NCBI GenBank assembly: GCA_963771355.1
Contig: CAVYTA010000007.1
Location: forward strand, 32,001 to 96,000
Source of the DNA: an uncultured Candidatus Rokubacteria bacterium
GTDB taxonomy: Bacteria; Methylomirabilota; Methylomirabilia; Rokubacteriales; CSP1-6
Length of the DNA: 64,000 nt
Reading direction: 5' to 3'
The translations under genes were made by a program, and so were the position numbers. Below the pieces are notes generated by a model. That model did no database searches. It worked only from the letters and a program-made list of their open reading frames with translations, and was not told the DNA's origin. Shown one piece after another: positions 59,586 to 64,000 of the stretch (position 1 is its first letter; the number at the start of each line of letters is the position of its first letter).

Positions 59586-60883
59586 GCGAGATGGCCGTCG
59601 CCACCCTCGGGTTTGCGGTGCTGCTGGCCCTCATCCTGTTGCGCGTGCCGATCGCGGTCGCGATGGCGCTGGTCGGTGTCGGCGGGACCGCGTGGCTGTC
59701 GGGGTGGCCGGCGGCGCTCGCCGTCCTACGCCTGGGGCCGTTCGAGCGGGCCTCGTCCTACACGCTCGTGGTGATCCCGCTGTTCGTCCTCATGGGCTAT
59801 CTCTCGGCGCGCGCCGGACTGAGCCAGAGCCTGTTCCGCGCCGCCAACGCGTGGCTGGGCCACTGGCGCGGCGGCCTCGCCATGGCGACGGTGGCCGGGT
59901 GCGCCGGGTTCGGCGCCATCTGCGGCTCCTCGGTGGCGACCGGCGCCACCATGTGCTCGGTCGCGCTCCCCGAGATGCGCCGCTACCGCTACGCCGACAG
60001 CCTCTCCACCGGCTCCATCGCGGCGGGGGGGACCCTCGGCATCATGATTCCCCCCTCGATCATTTTCGTCATCTACGGGATCATGACGGAGCAGTCGATC
60101 GGCAAGCTGCTCATGTCCGGAGTCCTGCCGGGGATCGTGGAGACGCTCCTTTTCGTCGGCGCCATTGCGGTGGTCACGGCGTGGTCGCCGGCGCTCGGCG
60201 CGGCCGGCCCTCGTGCGACCCTGCGTGAGCGGCTGCTCGCGCTGCGCGACATCTGGGAAGTCGGCGTGCTCTTCCTCATCGTCATCGGCGGCATCTACGG
60301 CGGGCTCGCCACCCCCGTCGAGTCGGCGGCGTTCGGCGCGGTGGGCGCGCTCCTCTTCGGCCTCGCCAAGCAAACCCTGACCTTCCGCGGGCTGCTGGAC
60401 GCGCTGGAGGAGACGATCCGCACGACTGCCATGGTTTTCTTCATCGTGATCGGCGCGGACCTCTTCGGCTACTTCATGGCGCTGTCGCAGATGCCCATGC
60501 GCCTGGCGGCATGGCTCGGCGCGATGCAGGTGGCGCCGGTGATCGTGCTGTGGGCGATCATCCTGACCTACATCGTCCTGGGCGCGCTGATGGACGAGCT
60601 GGCGATGATCCTGCTCACGGTGCCGATCTTCTTTCCGGTGGTGACGGCGATCGGGTACGACCCCATCTGGTTCGGCGTCGTCATCGTGGTGGTGGTGCAG
60701 ATCGGCCTCGTCGCTCCGCCGGTGGGGCTGAACGTGTTCGTCATCGGCGGCATGGCGCGCGACGTCCCGCTCGCCACCATTTACCGCGGGGTCATGCCGT
60801 TTCTGGTCGCGATGATCGTCCTGCTCGTCATCTTGACACTCTGGCCCGGTCTGGCGCTGCTGCTGCCGAACCAGATGCGATAG
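59582..60883 (+). CDS. TRAP large permease (DctM)
   Basis: IPLFVLMG, GTLGIMIPPS, PPVGLNVF. Confidence 0.92.
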   Translation: MSEMAVATLGFAVLLALILLRVPIAVAMALVGVGGTAWLSGWPAALAVLRLGPFERASSYTLVVIPLFVLMGYLSARAGLSQSLFRAANAWLGHWRGGLAMATVAGCAGFGAICGSSVATGATMCSVALPEMRRYRYADSLSTGSIAAGGTLGIMIPPSIIFVIYGIMTEQSIGKLLMSGVLPGIVETLLFVGAIAVVTAWSPALGAAGPRATLRERLLALRDIWEVGVLFLIVIGGIYGGLATPVESAAFGAVGALLFGLAKQTLTFRGLLDALEETIRTTAMVFFIVIGADLFGYFMALSQMPMRLAAWLGAMQVAPVIVLWAIILTYIVLGALMDELAMILLTVPIFFPVVTAIGYDPIWFGVVIVVVVQIGLVAPPVGLNVFVIGGMARDVPLATIYRGVMPFLVAMIVLLVILTLWPGLALLLPNQMR

Positions 60884-61005
60884 CGGGGGAGGTTGGAGGA
60901 GACAATGGCGAACGCGGCGGGCGACCCGGTGGCACGGTACAAGGCACCGACTCGGTGGACAAGAGAGAGCACGCCCCCGGCCGGGACTGACCCTCCCGGC
61001 GCGTG

Positions 61006-61746
61006 TCAGTCGATGCGGCGGGACTTGACGACGTTCGGCCGAAAGGATGGCTGGGCCATCGTCCCACAGTTGGGCGTCAGGAACTTCACGTCCTTCGTTT
61101 CGTTCGGCTTCAAGACGACGTTCTGGCTCCTCGAGAGTTGATCCTCGGAGCAATCCAATGAGCGAACCGCGCCTTGCCAGGTCTGTGTCTGCACGTTCTT
61201 GATCTGAAACAGCGCGTCCACGTTGGTCTTGTTTTGCGGGTTCAGGCCCCAACGATACCGGTATTGGACTCCCTCGCCGCGAGTCCACTTCGACCACTCG
61301 CCGGTCCGGTACGCAGCGGCCGGCGAGGCCGGGGCGGCCGGCGGGGCGGTTGGTGGCGCGGCTGGCGGGGCGGTCGGCGGGATGGCCGGCGCCGCGGACG
61401 CGCGGCGGGCGGCCGCCGCGCGGTTGTCGGCGGCCGTCTGGGCGCGCGTCTCGGGCGTCACGCAGACCACATCGTCAGGGCGCGCCTCCCTCCACACATA
61501 CCCGCCCACGCAGGTGTTCGGCCCGTACGCCCCTCCGCCCGGCTGGCGCCGGGCGCCCGCTTGGGCATTGTCCTCGGCGGCTTGCTGGCGGATCGCCGGG
61601 GTGACGCAGACGTGGTCGCCGGGGACGGCCTCGCGCCAGACATAGCCTTGGCGGCAAGCATCCGACGGAGGCGACTGGGCACGGGTGGTGGCGGCAAGAC
61701 CACAAACGAGCCCCGCGACGAGGAGGCCGGCTGTCATTCGGGTCAT
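61006..61746 (-). CDS. Secreted protein with two CxxGYVWREAxPxDxVCV repeats, Pro/Ala linker and C-terminal beta domain
   Basis: Signal peptide; repeats CRQGYVWREAVPGDHVCVTP and CVGGYVWREARPDDVVCVTP. Confidence 0.78.
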   Translation of the reverse strand: MTRMTAGLLVAGLVCGLAATTRAQSPPSDACRQGYVWREAVPGDHVCVTPAIRQQAAEDNAQAGARRQPGGGAYGPNTCVGGYVWREARPDDVVCVTPETRAQTAADNRAAAARRASAAPAIPPTAPPAAPPTAPPAAPASPAAAYRTGEWSKWTRGEGVQYRYRWGLNPQNKTNVDALFQIKNVQTQTWQGAVRSLDCSEDQLSRSQNVVLKPNETKDVKFLTPNCGTMAQPSFRPNVVKSRRID

Positions 61747-61766
61747 GGGTTCTCCGTGAGGAGGCG

Positions 61767-61991
61767 CTACTCGCGAAAGACGACGCGCCAGCCGGTGTCG
61801 CCGATCTCGATGCGCTCGACGCGCACGATGGCGAGCGGCTTCCAGGGTGCGGCGAGCAGCGTCGCGAGCGCGGCGTTCTTCCCCGCATTGGTCGTCTGAG
61901 TGTCGGGCTCGAAGAGCGACGTCTCCACAAACGGGGCCGCCGCCGGGCTCGCCGCCGCCGCGGCCCGCTTCCTCGACCTGGGCTTGCCCAT
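61767..61991 (-). CDS. Small hypothetical protein (74 aa)
   Basis: Tightly packed in the operon, SD GGAGG upstream. Confidence 0.55.
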   Translation of the reverse strand: MGKPRSRKRAAAAASPAAAPFVETSLFEPDTQTTNAGKNAALATLLAAPWKPLAIVRVERIEIGDTGWRVVFRE

Positions 61992-61994
61992 CGT

Positions 61995-63512
61995 CTAACC
62001 CTCCACGCCCGCGAGGTACACCTTGGTCCGCGCGAGGAGCGCATCATGCTTCCGGATCTCCTCGTCGAGCGCCTTGAGCGCCGATTCGTTCGCGGCGAGC
62101 TGCTCGCGCAGGTACTTCTCGGCGTCGGGCCCGCGCGTGGGGAAGCCCGCGACCGCCGTCGCCGCATTCGCCTGCGCCCGCTTGATCGCGGCGATCGAGA
62201 CGTAGAGCCGCCCGCGATACGTGGTGACCCGGTCGAAGCCCGCGCCGACGTCGAGCGGCCGGCCGGCCGCCCACACCACCTCGAGCGGGCCGCCGGGGTT
62301 GCGCACCCCGAGGAGGTTGGAGGGATAGGTGGCGGGAACAATCCCGCCGAGCGCGTCGAGCTCGCCGACCAGCCCGCTCGCACCCTGGTCGCCCCGGGCG
62401 GTGAGGGCCTTCAGCGTCTGGTACTCGATGGCCAGGGCCGCCGTCGAGGAGAGCCGCACCCCGAGGTCGCCGCGCAGCGCGGGACTCACGCCGCGCTCCA
62501 GCACCGCATGCGTGGGCATGGGCGGCCCGAGCAGCCCCCCCGGTCCGATGGCCATGTCGAAGCCGAGATAGCCGATCACCAGCGGCCGGGCGAAGTCTTC
62601 GGCCAGGGAGATGCTCCCGGACGAGGCGGAGACCACCTTCACGGTGCCGCCAGGGGCGAGATTGCTCCCGCCCACGCGCTCGAGGGCCTTGGCGATCATG
62701 GTGTTGAGCGCGGCGATATTGCTCGTATACGCCTCCAGGGTGTTCTTCTGCGGATCCGCGCCCGCGTTCGGCACCACGAGGTCCACCGGCTTGGCGGCGC
62801 CGCCGGACAGCGTGGCCCCCGAGCTCTTCGAGGACTGGAGCGAGACGTTGATCCGTCCCGTGATGTAGACGCGTGAGACCACGCGGACGTAGTTGGTGCG
62901 CTGAGGATCGCCGCCGTAGTACTGGAGGAAGGCGCGGTTACCGTCGGCCCAGCGCCGGACGTCGTCGTACAGCGAGATGGTATCCACGCCGTAGGTCCGC
63001 GCTTCCGCGATGGTGATGGTGCCCTGGGTGGCGTCGCCGCCGAGCAGGCTCAGCCCCACCGGGATGCCCTGCACGGGGAGCGCCACGTTGAAGCCGCCGC
63101 CCCGACGCGCGGAGAAGGCATAGGTGGGGAAGCTCGCGTTCGGCGCCAGCGTCCAGGAGGCCGGCTTGCCCGGCTCGAGCCAGTGCTTGGGCAGGGGATG
63201 CTGGGGGTCGCCCGCCTCGAAGGACTGGCGATAGAACGTCTCGTAGCCGCGAGGATCGAGCCGGAAGATGAGGTTGTCGAGCGGGAGGAAGCCACGCTCG
63301 CGATAGGTCTTGGCCTGCTCGTCCACCGTCACCTGGACGAGGAAGATGTCGCCGGGCTGGAGGTCCTCGGTCAGCGGATAGACGGGGACGATCTGGCTCG
63401 CACGGATCACCATGGACCAGTCGCGGGCGACGCGCTGAAGCTCGCGGTCGCTCACCGCCCGCGCACATCCCGATGCCGCCAGCGCCAGCAGGATCCAGAC
63501 GATCACGCGCAT
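61995..63512 (-). CDS. Lipoprotein with possible gasdermin-like pore-forming domain
   Basis: Lipobox AASGC, SD GGAGG; motif order PVYP..DLQPGD / YVRVVSRVY / GGTVKVVS / PLVIGY; gene is solid, fold call is tentative. Confidence 0.6.
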   Translation of the reverse strand: MRVIVWILLALAASGCARAVSDRELQRVARDWSMVIRASQIVPVYPLTEDLQPGDIFLVQVTVDEQAKTYRERGFLPLDNLIFRLDPRGYETFYRQSFEAGDPQHPLPKHWLEPGKPASWTLAPNASFPTYAFSARRGGGFNVALPVQGIPVGLSLLGGDATQGTITIAEARTYGVDTISLYDDVRRWADGNRAFLQYYGGDPQRTNYVRVVSRVYITGRINVSLQSSKSSGATLSGGAAKPVDLVVPNAGADPQKNTLEAYTSNIAALNTMIAKALERVGGSNLAPGGTVKVVSASSGSISLAEDFARPLVIGYLGFDMAIGPGGLLGPPMPTHAVLERGVSPALRGDLGVRLSSTAALAIEYQTLKALTARGDQGASGLVGELDALGGIVPATYPSNLLGVRNPGGPLEVVWAAGRPLDVGAGFDRVTTYRGRLYVSIAAIKRAQANAATAVAGFPTRGPDAEKYLREQLAANESALKALDEEIRKHDALLARTKVYLAGVEG

Positions 63513-63543
63513 GCGTCTCTCCTCCCGCGCGCTTGCACGCGCT

Positions 63544-64000
63544 TCAGGTCCCGCCCACCGCTCGCTCGCGCAGCGCCTTCACCATGCCCGCGTCGAAGGC
63601 CTCGCGCACGGGCAGCCCCTCGCGCTCCTGGAACATGCGGAGCGCGGAGCGTGTGAATCGCCCCACCATGCCGTCCACCGGCCCCGGGTTGTAGTCGAGG
63701 TAGACGAGATAGGCCTGGATGGCCCGCACATTGAGGTCCGGCAACGCGCCCGTCACGTACTTCTGCTGCGCGGCGCGCAGCCGCTCGTCGTAGGAGTTCT
63801 TGGCGTAAGCCGGACCATTGTAGGCGGCGGCGAAGGCCGGCCAGTTGTGCGCGCGTAGATGCTTGTCGGCGCCGATCGACGCGATGAAGCGCGCCATGCC
63901 TTCGAGCTGGGCGTTCTCCGACTCCACGAACGCGGCGACCATGGGCTCCACGTCCGGGAATCCCGCCGCCTTGAAGTTCTCCCCCATCACCTGCCCCAGC
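63544..64000 (-). CDS. N-acetylmuramidase (DUF3380) with C-terminal peptidoglycan-binding domain, 5' truncated by the window
   Basis: GQVMGEN...SENAQL...W.AFA..YNGP.Y..NSYD; PGPVDGMVG..T..ALRMFQ...GL. Confidence 0.85.
   Translation of the reverse strand, partial: LGQVMGENFKAAGFPDVEPMVAAFVESENAQLEGMARFIASIGADKHLRAHNWPAFAAAYNGPAYAKNSYDERLRAAQQKYVTGALPDLNVRAIQAYLVYLDYNPGPVDGMVGRFTRSALRMFQEREGLPVREAFDAGMVKALRERAVGGT

Noticed and set aside
63544..64000. Prophage lysis cassette
   Set aside because: No holin, spanin or phage structural genes visible in this window; cannot be excluded beyond the edge

Overview
High-GC chromosomal window from a diderm bacterium (LpxL-family acyltransferase, beta-barrel porin, lipoproteins). 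Gene content and style suggest an uncultured soil lineage such as Rokubacteriales/Methylomirabilota; this is inference, and the complete 16S here would settle it. 1-22 kb is mostly housekeeping (pccB end, methylmalonyl-CoA mutase, polyprenyl synthetase, hisS, aspS, phoH-ybeY-era-recO-glyQS, PBP1A, tyrS), with an outer-membrane cluster of three FlgT-like proteins, a TPR lipoprotein and a porin. 22.2-27.7 kb is a complete rRNA operon (16S-tRNA Ile-tRNA Ala-23S-5S). 27.7-61 kb covers envelope, transport and catabolic genes (PiT, LpxL, MltD, TauD, HpaBC-like, Liv/Dpp ABC, TRAP, leuA). Main signals missed by the ORF track: (1) a lipoprotein with a gasdermin-like motif series beside a DUF3380 muramidase (61-64 kb); (2) a CxxU CMD/AhpD-like selenoprotein with a SECIS-like hairpin behind a ubiquitin-like MoaD protein; (3) two sigma-54-driven units encoding four tiny zinc-ribbon proteins; (4) a leucine attenuator with a 14-aa leader peptide; (5) widespread leaderless genes and probable CTG starts; (6) two frameshifts, possibly assembly errors. 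No CRISPR array or mobile element was seen. All family calls come from motif recognition by eye, not database searches.
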